From: Stigonema sp.
GTDB taxonomy: Bacteria > Cyanobacteriota > Cyanobacteriia > Cyanobacteriales > Nostocaceae
DNA: 64,000 bases
NCBI GenBank assembly: GCA_965249805.1
Contig: CBDFMX010000002.1
Location: forward strand, 1,214,639 to 1,278,638
Direction: 5' to 3'
In this document: positions 20,570 through 29,891 of the stretch, piece after piece
How the letters are laid out: each line of letters opens with the position of its first letter
Position numbering within the stretch: the first letter of the stretch is position 1
Notes under the pieces: generated by a model
The model's database searches: none
What the model saw: the letters and a program-made list of their open reading frames with translations, nothing else
Told to the model about the DNA's origin: nothing
Made by a program: the position numbers and the translations under genes

Positions 20570-20880
20570 GATATAGCAGTCCTATTTTATTTGTGAAATT
20601 ATTAGTAGGGTGGGCATCCTGCCCATTGGTGTCAACTTAAGGACAAAACCCTTACTAAACGCTCGTTCCAGACCTTTCTCGTTCCCACGTTCTGCGTGGG
20701 AATGCATTCTGGGAGGCTCTGCCTCCTTACTCTGGAGGCAGAGCCTCCCGATAGCGCGTTACTAGGCACCAGCTGAGCAACGAGAAACACTTGTATTTTC
20801 AAGGTTTACCTATTAGTTGACACCAATGCATCCTGCCTGCCCAGATCATAGGACGGGCAGGATGCCCATCCCACAAGAAA
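20570..20880. repeat. nested MITEs: copy 2 of the GGAGGCAGAGCCTCC family inserted inside another repeat that has gggcatcctgccc-containing inverted ends
   Basis: Outer inverted repeats agtagggtgggcatcctgcccattggtgtcaac (20615-20650) and gttgacaccaatgcatcctgcc...gggcaggatgcccatccc (20815-20870) flank the inner repeat. Confidence 0.55.
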
Positions 20881-20973
20881 TAGTTGGATATTTTTTAACT
20901 TGGAAATCTTCAATGGTAAGCGCCAAAAAACACCTGAACTACCGACACCAGATTCGCGCTCTTGATCTTGCGT

Positions 20974-21294
20974 TCATGTTCTCATCCCCTGGCGACGCCG
21001 TTCTTTGTATTTACGCAGTTGACGCGCAATCTTATCAGCTACCAAGTCTATACTGGCGTATAGGCTCTCGCTACTCTCTGAGGCATGGATAACACTTCCG
21101 TTGGCGTAAATGGTGACTTCAGCTGCCTGCTTGAGATTGATTCGAGGATTACGGGCTACTGATAGATGCACATCCACTTCAGTTGTCAAGTTCTGAAAGT
21201 GGTTCACTGCCCTTTCAATCTTCTGATGTACATACGAACGAATGGCATCAGTAACTTCAATGTTTTTGCCTTTGAGCACAAGCTTCATATTCAA
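20974..21294 (-). CDS. hpf: ribosome hibernation promoting factor / RaiA family (short form)
   Basis: 106 aa. [31 protein letters not shown]...VDVHLSV...[42 protein letters not shown] is the canonical sigma-54-modulation/HPF fold signature. Confidence 0.8.
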   Translation of the reverse strand: MNMKLVLKGKNIEVTDAIRSYVHQKIERAVNHFQNLTTEVDVHLSVARNPRINLKQAAEVTIYANGSVIHASESSESLYASIDLVADKIARQLRKYKERRRQGMRT

Positions 21295-21842
21295 TTCTCC
21301 TGCTTGACTATCATCAAAATTTGTTTTGGCTGAAACGGAAAGCGATCGCGTTGATTACCGCTTGACCACTGTGTAGATGCTAGTGTTAGCGTTTCAGCTT
21401 CCCGATTTTGTTGGCGTTGTTAGGATAGAATTTGCTTCTTAAAATGCCAATTTGAGATGATATATTCACCCTAGTATTTTGAATGAGGAAGATGTGAAGT
21501 GTTAAAATGAATCAACCCTAATCAATAAGAAACATTTATTTGAGTATTTTTTCAGTTAAATTAATCTTATCTTACAACCTATAAGTGAATCATTAAGTTA
21601 TGTAACCGATCCAACATCTAGCCGAATCGCACTTGTCCTGATCTTGGCATCGGCAGACTTCGCATTTATGCATAGGGTAATTACGAATTACGAATTACGA
21701 ATTACGAATTATTTATAACAACCCTCAGACCACAATTACAACTGGTACGTTAAGCAGATTGGGAAGTGTCCCTAGTCCCCTTCCAGTCGTTCCATGGTTA
21801 TCTAATATTTATCGATGCCGCCACAAACTATAAGCAGTTACT

Positions 21843-23100
21843 ATGACTCACTTCGGCATCATCTGTCCTGGAACGACTGGACACCTGAACACCATGTTTC
21901 CGCTGGGTCGCGAACTGCAACTGCGCGGTCATCGTGTGACTTTATTTGGGGTACAAGATGCTCAACCCAAGACACTGCAAGCAGGATTGGAATTTCGGGC
22001 GATTGGCGAATCTGAGTTTCCCCGTGGGGCGATCGCACAACATTTGACTCACCTAGGAAAACTCAGCGGACTCAGCGCATCGCAATATACTCTCAAAGTA
22101 CTCAAGCAGACAGCGGCTGTTATGCTTCGGGATGCACCGACGTGCTATCATTGATGCAGGTGTGGAAGCACTGTTAGTAGACCAAATTTCACTAGAGGGA
22201 GGAACTGTTGCAGAATTTTTGGAAATTCCCTTTATTACTATTTGCAGTGCTGTAGTACTTCATCAAGAAGATAGTATTCCCCCTTATTTCATGAACTGGC
22301 GCTATCATCCAGCTTGGTGGACACACCTGCGCAACCGTGCAGTTTACGGGTTGCTGAGTCTTACCAAACCCATGGGTGAGGTGATAGTTGAGTATCGCCG
22401 TTCGTGGAACTTGCCCACACTCACGCGCCTGAATGATAGCTATTCTCAACTGGCTCAGATCAGTCAACAGCCTGCGGAATTTGAATTCCCAAGGCAACAT
22501 TTGCCCCACTGCTTCCATTTTACCGGACCATTACATAGTTCAGTTGGTCGAGAAACTGTTGCTTTCCCAAATGAAAAGTTAACTGGGCAACCATTGATTT
22601 ATGCTTCAATGGGGACTGTACAAAATCGCTTGTTGAAAGTTTTCAACTGTATTGCAGAAGCTTGCAACGGGTTAGATGCCCAGCTAGTCATTTCTCTTGG
22701 TGGTGGTGCTAGCTTAGAATCTCTGCCAGAACTACCAGGTTCGCCCCTAGTCGTCGATTATGCGCCCCAACTAGAACTCCTAAAAACTGCCACCCTGACT
22801 ATTACCCATGCAGGCATGAATACTACTTTAGAATCCTTAAGCAATGGAGTGCCGATGGTCGCAATTCCAATTGCAAACGATCAGCTTGGGGTAGCGGCGC
22901 GTCTAGCTTGGACAGGGGCTGGTGAGGTTGTACCCTTAGCCCGTCTGAACATTCCCAGACTGCGACAAGCTATCAAGCGGGTACTGACTGAAGATTCTTA
23001 TCAAAAGAATGCATCCAGATTACAAGGAGCAATTCGTCGATCTGGGGGGGTAAATCAAGCTGCTGATATTGTGGAACAGGCTGTGATCTACCGGGAAGCC
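21843..23100 (+). pseudogene. GT1-family UDP-glycosyltransferase (CrtX/MGT-like), single-base frameshift near 22140
   Basis: N-terminus THFGIICPGTTGHLNTMFPLGRELQLRGHRVTLF is the GT1 N-domain. The C-terminal domain (ORF 22132..) carries the PSPG-like segment YAPQLELLKTATLTITHAGMNTTLESLSNGVPMVAIPIANDQ. The two halves are in different frames. The 3' tail of the second ORF runs into a hairpin repeat and is not real coding. Confidence 0.6.
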
Positions 23101-23342
23101 TGTCTTATATCAAGTTCGCGCTTATTACTTATAATAAAGAACCTCTCCCCCAACCCCTCCCCTATTAGGGGAGGGGAGACTTTGACGCAAGTCAAAGGCG
23201 GGGAGAGGTCAAACTTAAAGGATAAGTCATTTACCGAACATGATATTAGCTCAAACGCCGCAACTTGTATATAGCAGTCCGATCTGATTTGTGAAATTCT
23301 TCGTTTGGTGGGCATTGCCCACCCTACAACATCAAAGTTTTC

Positions 23343-23590
23343 AGGATTTTGTGTCATAAGCGCGTTGATGCTGCTTGCATCTGAGCAACATCTGCTGTAT
23401 CTGCATGAATACCTCCTTGTACTGTTAAAACTGAGCAAGGAGCATGATGCAGCACATAGTTGCTGACACTACCCAGTAAAAGCTCATTAAGTCCACTATG
23501 ACCCCGACGACCCATCATAATTAAGTCAGCTTTCCAAGTACGAGCTACTTCACAGGTAGAGTGTGCGTAAGTCCTATAATACTCAAATGT
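23343..23590 (-). pseudogene. universal stress protein (UspA) C-terminal fragment, N-terminally truncated
   Basis: The minus strand encodes ...[38 protein letters not shown]..., the Usp C-terminal motif. The reading frame has no start, and an upstream in-frame stop lies next to the GTAGAGTGTGCGTAAGTCCTAT motif. Confidence 0.5.
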
Positions 23591-23785
23591 GTGTGTAAGA
23601 AATTAACGCTTATATCAGGAATAAGCTTACGTAATTAAAGAGCAAGGTGTATAACATAAAGCGTATCAACAAGGGCGGGACTTGCACGCGCTTACCGCTT
23701 CCATATTTCACCATTGAGGAGTTTTCGGACAAGTCTGGCGATCTGCAAGCAGCAGCGAGTCGCGTGTCACCCCCTCAGGCGATCG

Positions 23786-24010
23786 CTACTCAAAAGATAG
23801 TTCACGTTTGGTGGCAACACAATCTTGAAGGTATAAATTGATTAATTCTTGGCAAGACATTCCTTTTTCTTGAGCCATTGCCTCAAAATATTCAATTACG
23901 TCAATCCCCAAGGGTAAAGTTACTTGTTGCTTCAATTGTTTTGCAAAGGGATTCGGTTGGCTTTTCAATTGGTCAAGGTCATATTCTTGTTTCATCGTTT
24001 TATCCTCCAT
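23786..24010 (-). CDS. brnA: BrnA-type antitoxin (type II toxin-antitoxin)
   Basis: 74 aa. QLKSQPNPFAKQLKQQVTLPLGIDVIEYFEAMAQEKGMSCQELINLYLQDC matches the BrnA antitoxin family. Its start overlaps the stop of the upstream BrnT-like ORF. Confidence 0.6.
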   Translation of the reverse strand: MEDKTMKQEYDLDQLKSQPNPFAKQLKQQVTLPLGIDVIEYFEAMAQEKGMSCQELINLYLQDCVATKRELSFE

Positions 24011-24286
24011 AATGTTTACTTTCGTTTTTAGTGGCTTTTCGGGCTGAAATGATTCTAATTACGGATTCTTGTTCTCGGTAACAATGAACGATGAGTAATA
24101 TTCGCATTTTAGAGCTTCTGCCAAGCAATAAAAATCGGTCTTCGGCGTCGGAATGATCTTCATCCCAAAACTGTATGGCGTTATCATCGTAGAATACAGA
24201 TTCTGCTTCTTCAAATGAGATACTGTGCTTTTTTTTGATTTATTCGATTCTTCTCGTTATCCCACTCAAAAATTAATCGATTCATA
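24000..24286 (-). pseudogene. brnT: BrnT-type toxin (DUF497), frameshift in an A8 homopolymer
   Basis: Minus strand: MNRLIFEWDNEKNRINQKK, then after a -1 shift in caaaaaaaagc, HSISFEEAESVFYDDNAIQFWDEDHSDAEDRFLLLGRSSKMRILLIVHCYRE...RIISARKATKNE. These are DUF497 hallmarks. Confidence 0.55.
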
Positions 24287-24522
24287 TCTACATTTTCCGA
24301 CAAAAGGTTGAGGATGATGGAATAGAGGCAAGCCCTGACGTTCGTTCCGACGCCGGAGTACCGTTCGATCGCTTCGCTATCGTTTGCGAGACTCGTCTCC
24401 CTGTGTTGGCAAATTGCTCCGCCCTAGTCGAAGCAGAATTGCGCCGATTGTGGTCACCACCGCACCTCGAACGTCCAACCGAGTTTAACGCTTTGGTTTG
24501 AGAATTCTTAGCTGTTTAGATA

Positions 24523-25290
24523 TTACAATAATAGTTCCTGAATTTTGAGTTCAGTCAACTGCTCTACATTACTCAAAACTACCGCCGCTCCTGCTGTGCG
24601 TAATGTCTCAGCATAGGCGTCACGACGAGCGGCTGTTTCCTGCACATGAGGTGGTAAAACGCCTACACCAATCCAAGTTCGAGAAGATTCTAGTAAACGC
24701 GCCTTCTCTACCGTATACATATCAGCTACTGTATCTCCTAGATATACTACTGGTGTCGATTTGTCAAGTTCATTTTCTAACAGGCGAACGGTAGCAAAAA
24801 GTCCGGTAGGATCTGGTTTACCTGGTGCATCCTCCATTGCAATAAGTACTGGCGACTTCAAACCAAGACGCCTTTCCAAAACATAGGTAGCGGAAGCACG
24901 AGTAGCACCGCTGAAAAATCCCCACCGAATCCCAGCTAAAGTAAGTTGCTCCAAGTAGCTAGGCTGTAACAATAACGGTTCATTGCAAATATAGCCTGTC
25001 CAATTATTGGGATCTGCTCCTCGGTAACGCGATTGAAAAAAGGCGACAACAGCTTTGTAGTCAAGTTGCAGTTGCTCACGGGATGTCCGGTTTTCAAAAT
25101 AGCGATAAATTAATTCCTGGGATGCTTCCCAATCATTATTCCAGATACCTTCAGACTTGAGCTGGTCAATATCAACTGGTGTCGGGCGATACCCTCCCCC
25201 TGTGAAATGCTCTACTGTATCTGCTAGCGCCCGTCGATAGGAACCACCGACATCGCGCACAACGCCATCAATATCAAAAATTACGATCAT
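24523..25290 (-). CDS. HAD-superfamily hydrolase
   Basis: Motif I IVIFDIDGVV (DxDG). Later GDTVADM carries the motif IV aspartate. 255 aa. Confidence 0.7.
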   Translation of the reverse strand: MIVIFDIDGVVRDVGGSYRRALADTVEHFTGGGYRPTPVDIDQLKSEGIWNNDWEASQELIYRYFENRTSREQLQLDYKAVVAFFQSRYRGADPNNWTGYICNEPLLLQPSYLEQLTLAGIRWGFFSGATRASATYVLERRLGLKSPVLIAMEDAPGKPDPTGLFATVRLLENELDKSTPVVYLGDTVADMYTVEKARLLESSRTWIGVGVLPPHVQETAARRDAYAETLRTAGAAVVLSNVEQLTELKIQELLL

Positions 25291-25620
25291 AGTTGGTTGT
25301 TAGTTGTTAGTTGTTAGTTGTTGATTGTTGATTGTTGATTGTTAGTTGTTAGTTGTTAGTTGTTGGTTGTTAGTTGTTGGTTGTTGGTTGTTGGTTGTTA
25401 TTCTCCCTCATCTCCCTCATCTCCCTCATCTCCCTCATCTCCCTCATCTCCCTCATCTCCCTCATCTCCCCCTACTCCCCCTACTCCCCCTACTCCCCCT
25501 ACTCCCCCTACTCCCCCCATTCCCCCTACTCCCCACTCCCCACTCCCCACTCCCCATTCCCCACTCCCCATTCCCAATTCCCAATTCCCAAAATTTGTGC
25601 AGATGGTAGGTTATTGCGTT
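25290..25620. repeat. STRR heptamer array (TTGTTAG/TTGTTGA/TTGGTTG) followed by 9-mer (CTCCCTCAT) and CCCTACTCC / CCCACTCC simple repeats
   Basis: Directly visible. The four overlapping ORFs the track reports here are translations of the repeats. Inverted relatives of the same simple repeats occur at 52090-52300. Confidence 0.85.
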
Positions 25621-25642
25621 AAAATAAGCGATCGCAAAGATA

Positions 25643-25975
25643 GTGAGTGTAGCCATGGTATCCCCAGAGGTACGATTGACCAAGTTTATTTTGAAGATTC
25701 TGTGGTTAGATGAGAACGTCGCTTTGGCTGTAGATCAAGTGGTAGGTAAAGGCACAAGTCCTTTAACTAAGTACTTTTTCTGGCCTAGGAATGATGCTTG
25801 GGAAGAGTTAAAAAAGGAGCTAGAGTCAAAACACTGGATTAATGAATTAGATCGGGTGGAGTTACTTAATAAAGCTACAGAAGTTATTAACTACTGGCAA
25901 GAGGAAGGTAGAAACCGCCCAATGGCTGAAGCTCAGTTAAAATTTCCTGAAGTTACCTTCACAGGTAGCGCTTAG
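25643..25975 (+). CDS. plastid-specific ribosomal protein 3 homolog (PSRP-3/Ycf65)
   Basis: [74 protein letters not shown] closely matches cyanobacterial Ycf65. Confidence 0.8.
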   Translation: MSVAMVSPEVRLTKFILKILWLDENVALAVDQVVGKGTSPLTKYFFWPRNDAWEELKKELESKHWINELDRVELLNKATEVINYWQEEGRNRPMAEAQLKFPEVTFTGSA

Positions 25976-25985
25976 CATGAGATAA

Positions 25986-27836
25986 TTAATTCCCTTGCTG
26001 TTGTACAAGCTCCCAGAGTTTGATAGTTTTATCCCTGCTGCCACTAACAATTTGTTGTGCATCAGGGCTAACAGCAACGGCAGACACTGAGTCTACATGA
26101 CCTGAGAGAGTAGCAATCTCTTTTTTTGTGCTTACACTCCAGAGTTTGACAGTCTTGTCCCTACTTCCACTGATCAGCGTTTCCCCATCAGTACTAAAAG
26201 TTACTGCTACTACCGACCAGGAATGACCTAGAAGTGTGCAAATTAGCTGACCAGTGTTTACCTCCCACAATCTAATAGTGTTATCATCGCTACCACTTGC
26301 TAGAATTTTCCCATCAGGACTGAAGGCGACTGTCAAAACCGCCCATGTATGACCTGAAAGGATGCTCGAAAAGTTGTAGTTTCGGAGGTTTTTGAGTTCT
26401 CCTACACACTCAAAAGCTCGATCGACTTCCCATAAGCGAATAGTTCTGTCAAAACTAGCACTGGCAAGAATCCCCCCATCGGGGGGGATCGAGCTAAATG
26501 CCACTGCACTTACTTGTAATTGGTGTCCACTCAGTGTGCAAATCTCTTGGCTCGTCTTTACATCCCAGAGTTTCACTGTCTTATCCCAACTGCCACTAGC
26601 TAGTAGCTTACCATCAGAACTAAAAGCGACTGATTTAACTGCATGAGAGTGTCCAAACAGGGTGCATATTTCTTGGAATGTGTTAACGTTCCACAATTTA
26701 ATAGTTTTATCATCGCTAGCGGTTGCCAAAATTTCTTCATTAGGACTGAAGGCGATCGCTCTTACAGCTTGAGAATGTCCAGTGAAACTGCGGAGCAATT
26801 TTTTTGTATTTAAATCCCATAATCTCATCGTTTTGTCATCATGACCACTGGCTAAGATCTGAATAATCTCCCCTTGATCGGGAGGGTTTGTTCCGATCGA
26901 ACTAATAGCAATTGAATTCACGCTACTTAATACACCAGAATGTCCAGTAAAAGTATGTATACAATGCCAAGGGCGAATGGGGAACAGACGTTCCGGTGGA
27001 ACGTCTGTACGGGAATGGATGCCCATTGCTTGCATGACTTCATCGGCGGATTGAAAGCGATTAATTACATCATGTTGCAGCAGCTTGTCAAGGATTTTAC
27101 CCAACATGAAGCTGACTTTTGTTGTTAGGTACTGTTGCCAAGCCCAACAATTATTAGGGACATCAAATAAATCAAAAGGAGGAATCTGGGTGAGTAAGTA
27201 AATGCAAGTCACACCCAAGCTATAAAGGTCACTTGCAAATACGGGTTTTCCCTGTACTTGCTCAGGAGCGGCATATTCTGGACTACCAACGCTCTTGTCA
27301 TTAGACTTATCTGTAAATTGCTGTAGAATATAGTCTCTTGGGTCAAAATCCCTATTAGAAATTGAAAAATCTCCAAAATTAACCAAGACCATATCCCCGC
27401 CTAACCTTCTCTCACTAAGGGGGGATCTGAGGATGATATTTTCGGGTTTAATATCGCAGTGAATGACGTTGCGATCGCCAATAAACTTGAGAACAGGCAA
27501 CAAATCCTCTAAAAGTTGCCAAATCTGAGTTTCACTGAAGGCTCCCACCTCCTCCACTAAGGTAGCCAAGTTACTACCCTCAATGAACTCTTGCACTAAG
27601 TAAAAGTGATCGTCCTGCGGAAAATGTGCAAGTATTGCGGGAATTTGTGGATGTTTGCCTAACTCCTCAAGCCGTTGTGCTTTTTGCTCAAAGACGAATG
27701 GTGTTTGATTTTGCAGCCATTGTTGAACGACACAAGGAACTTTTGGAGATAAACCCTCATCCACAGCGAGGAAGGTTTTGCAAAATCTGAATTGACCAAT
27801 CTGTTTGAGTAAGCGATAACGTTCAAGTATTAGCAT
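25986..27836 (-). CDS. Ser/Thr protein kinase with C-terminal WD40 repeats
   Basis: Kinase subdomains: HCDIKPENIIL, DFG, APE. The C-terminal half has repeated GH...WD units (LWDLNTKK, LWNVNTFQ, LWDVKTSQ, LWEV, LWSV, LWEL). Confidence 0.85.
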   Translation of the reverse strand: MLILERYRLLKQIGQFRFCKTFLAVDEGLSPKVPCVVQQWLQNQTPFVFEQKAQRLEELGKHPQIPAILAHFPQDDHFYLVQEFIEGSNLATLVEEVGAFSETQIWQLLEDLLPVLKFIGDRNVIHCDIKPENIILRSPLSERRLGGDMVLVNFGDFSISNRDFDPRDYILQQFTDKSNDKSVGSPEYAAPEQVQGKPVFASDLYSLGVTCIYLLTQIPPFDLFDVPNNCWAWQQYLTTKVSFMLGKILDKLLQHDVINRFQSADEVMQAMGIHSRTDVPPERLFPIRPWHCIHTFTGHSGVLSSVNSIAISSIGTNPPDQGEIIQILASGHDDKTMRLWDLNTKKLLRSFTGHSQAVRAIAFSPNEEILATASDDKTIKLWNVNTFQEICTLFGHSHAVKSVAFSSDGKLLASGSWDKTVKLWDVKTSQEICTLSGHQLQVSAVAFSSIPPDGGILASASFDRTIRLWEVDRAFECVGELKNLRNYNFSSILSGHTWAVLTVAFSPDGKILASGSDDNTIRLWEVNTGQLICTLLGHSWSVVAVTFSTDGETLISGSRDKTVKLWSVSTKKEIATLSGHVDSVSAVAVSPDAQQIVSGSRDKTIKLWELVQQQGN

Positions 27837-27871
27837 TTCACCGCCAGGGAAAGAGTGCTGGATGCTGTGGC

Positions 27872-28198
27872 TTATTCCTGTGTTTCTTTTGATTCCGTAT
27901 CTTCTGCAACTTGGAAGATTTGTTCTATGTCTCGCGATCCATGAACGACACGCACAATTTCAATTCCCTCCTCTATAGGACGGTAAAAAATGATGTAGCT
28001 TCCTACTGGAAAACTCCGTAGACAAGAAGCTAGGTTAGGGCGCAACCGTCCCATCTGAGGAAACTTTGCTAGTATTGAAAACTGTTCTCGCAGCTTGTCA
28101 AAGAGATTATCAGCAGCTTGTTGACTGTTTTGACCAACGTAGTTCCAGATGTCATCAATGTCTTGTATTGCTTGAGCAGAAAGCCTATATCTGCTCAT
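27872..28198 (-). CDS. parE: ParE/RelE-family toxin
   Basis: 108 aa. The I..IW.Y......Q.A..L...L......L...P.MG start and the C-terminal YIIFYR..E..IEIVRVVHGSRD are typical ParE/RelE. Confidence 0.7.
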   Translation of the reverse strand: MSRYRLSAQAIQDIDDIWNYVGQNSQQAADNLFDKLREQFSILAKFPQMGRLRPNLASCLRSFPVGSYIIFYRPIEEGIEIVRVVHGSRDIEQIFQVAEDTESKETQE

Positions 28199-28554
28199 AG
28201 GGCATCATTAGTCGCCAACCTTTTAAGTCCTCTGGCTTTAATGTCTTCAAACAAAGCCGACAAAGACTCTTCGTCGTATTCAGTATATTGACCATTCTCA
28301 AGCTGCTCTATTCCAACAGCTATATCGCGTCGCAGCGCTTCTAACTTTAGTGTCCGAAGTTCTTCTTCGACACGCTCAAGCCGATCCATCATTTCTTGGA
28401 ACGCTCGTGCTTCATGTACTACAACTTCAGCTTTCCCGTTGACGGTTAGCACAAGCGGGGACTTTGTTGCTTTTATCCGCTCTACGTACTCTTTGGTGTT
28501 TCGCTTAAAGTCAGTAAGGGTTTGAATATCTTCAAGATTGATCCGAGTTTCCAT
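28195..28554 (-). CDS. cognate antitoxin (Phd/YefM- or ParD-like)
   Basis: 119 aa, overlapping the toxin start by 4 nt (ATGA). N-terminus TDFKRNTKEYVERIKATKSPLVLTVNGKAEVVV resembles Phd/YefM. Confidence 0.6.
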   Translation of the reverse strand: METRINLEDIQTLTDFKRNTKEYVERIKATKSPLVLTVNGKAEVVVHEARAFQEMMDRLERVEEELRTLKLEALRRDIAVGIEQLENGQYTEYDEESLSALFEDIKARGLKRLATNDAL

Positions 28555-28708
28555 AAAATCTAATAAAGCACTTTATGATATGTTTAATTAGATGTTAAGC
28601 TTTATATTTGCTTTGGTCAAGAGGTAATAGTTTCGTAGGTTTCGCCTTAATGAAACCGGATCTGGCGGTACAATATGAAAAAACGATTGTGTGATGGAAG
28701 TTTGACCA

Positions 28709-29497
28709 ATGCCCTCACCATTTCCAGGCATGGACCCGTATCTAGAGCAGCCTGCTTTTTGGTCGTCGTTTCATAGCCGACTAATGGTGGCGATCGCCGA
28801 TACAATTGAACCGCAACTTAGTCCACAGTACTATGTGGAAGTTGAAACTAGGACTTATCAAAGCGATGACAGCGAGGATGGCTTACTGATTGGCATTCCA
28901 GACGCGATTGTGTTCTCCGGTAAATCTGATGTGACACCACAACTACTTGAGGAGGATAGGTCAGTAGCTACTCAGTCTCGTCCTGATCGAGTTAGCGTAC
29001 CGATGCCTTTTGAAGTCAAAGAACGCTATTTGGAAGTGCGAGAGGTGGTTACGGATGAGGTGATTACCGTCATTGAATTATTATCTCCGAAGAACAAGCG
29101 AGCCGGGGAAGGTCGAACAGCTTATGAGAAAAAGCGACGGGCAATTCTGAGCAGTGCTACCCATCTGGTGGAACTGGATTTGTGGCGCGGGAATAAGCCG
29201 ATGGCAATTTTGGGAATGCGATCAACCGCGTATCGAATCTTAGTTAGTCGCTCTTATCAACGCCCAGCAGCCGATCTCTATAGCGTTGTCCTGCAACAAG
29301 AGCTACCCAGTTTCCCAGTTCCCTTGAAACTCAACGATCCAGAGCCTTCAGTACCGTTACAGGAAATTTTTAATGGCGTGTATGAGCGTGCCCGCTATAG
29401 GACACGGATCGATTATCACCAGCCTGTTCCACCTCCTGCGCTGTCGGAGGTAGATAAACAGTGGGTTGAGGCGTTGTTAGCTCCTCAAGATACATGA
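28709..29497 (+). CDS. DUF4058-family protein
   Basis: N-terminal MPSPFPGMDPYLEQPAFWSSFHSRLMVAIAD and IGIPDAIV are signature segments of DUF4058, a cyanobacteria-enriched family of unknown function. Confidence 0.6.
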   Translation: MPSPFPGMDPYLEQPAFWSSFHSRLMVAIADTIEPQLSPQYYVEVETRTYQSDDSEDGLLIGIPDAIVFSGKSDVTPQLLEEDRSVATQSRPDRVSVPMPFEVKERYLEVREVVTDEVITVIELLSPKNKRAGEGRTAYEKKRRAILSSATHLVELDLWRGNKPMAILGMRSTAYRILVSRSYQRPAADLYSVVLQQELPSFPVPLKLNDPEPSVPLQEIFNGVYERARYRTRIDYHQPVPPPALSEVDKQWVEALLAPQDT

Positions 29498-29891
29498 TGG
29501 CGCGTCCAGATATAGCAGTCGTAATCAGAAGCCCGGTAACTTTTACGAAACTGGGCTTCTTGGGATCGGGCGATCGCCGCATGTGATAGTCATACGCGCA
29601 TCCTTTAACCTATTGCTCTGATAAAAAATTAGGCAGGAAATTTTGGTCTTCGTTATCCACAGGAATATCATCCGAACAAGCTAATTCAGCGCTACTAGGC
29701 AAGGTGATTTTTTGTCTTTCTTGCACCATTATTTTGAACTCCAAACGCGCTGCATTAATTATAGAGAGAGAAAGCGCGAAATTTCGCGTCAAGACAGGAG
29801 CGTTCGGTGTGTAGATTCTCTTATCCGAACCGTATTGAGCGATCGGCAACAATTGACCAAAAACGTCACAATTCAATCATCAATCGAATTG

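Noticed and set aside
22192-22518. 108-aa minus-strand ORF inside the glycosyltransferase gene
   Set aside because: Antisense shadow of the GT1 C-terminal domain.
25346-25713. Four overlapping ORFs (25346, 25360, 25374 on plus; 25462 on minus) encoding Leu/Val-rich or PSP/PTP-repeat peptides
   Set aside because: They are translations of the STRR heptamer and 9-mer simple repeats in all frames. No start context and no conservation signal.
29610-29876. 88-aa minus-strand ORF between the DUF4058 and Rpn genes
   Set aside because: It spans the hairpin repeat gagagagaaagcgcgaaatttcgcgtc and MITE end fragments. Likely non-coding.
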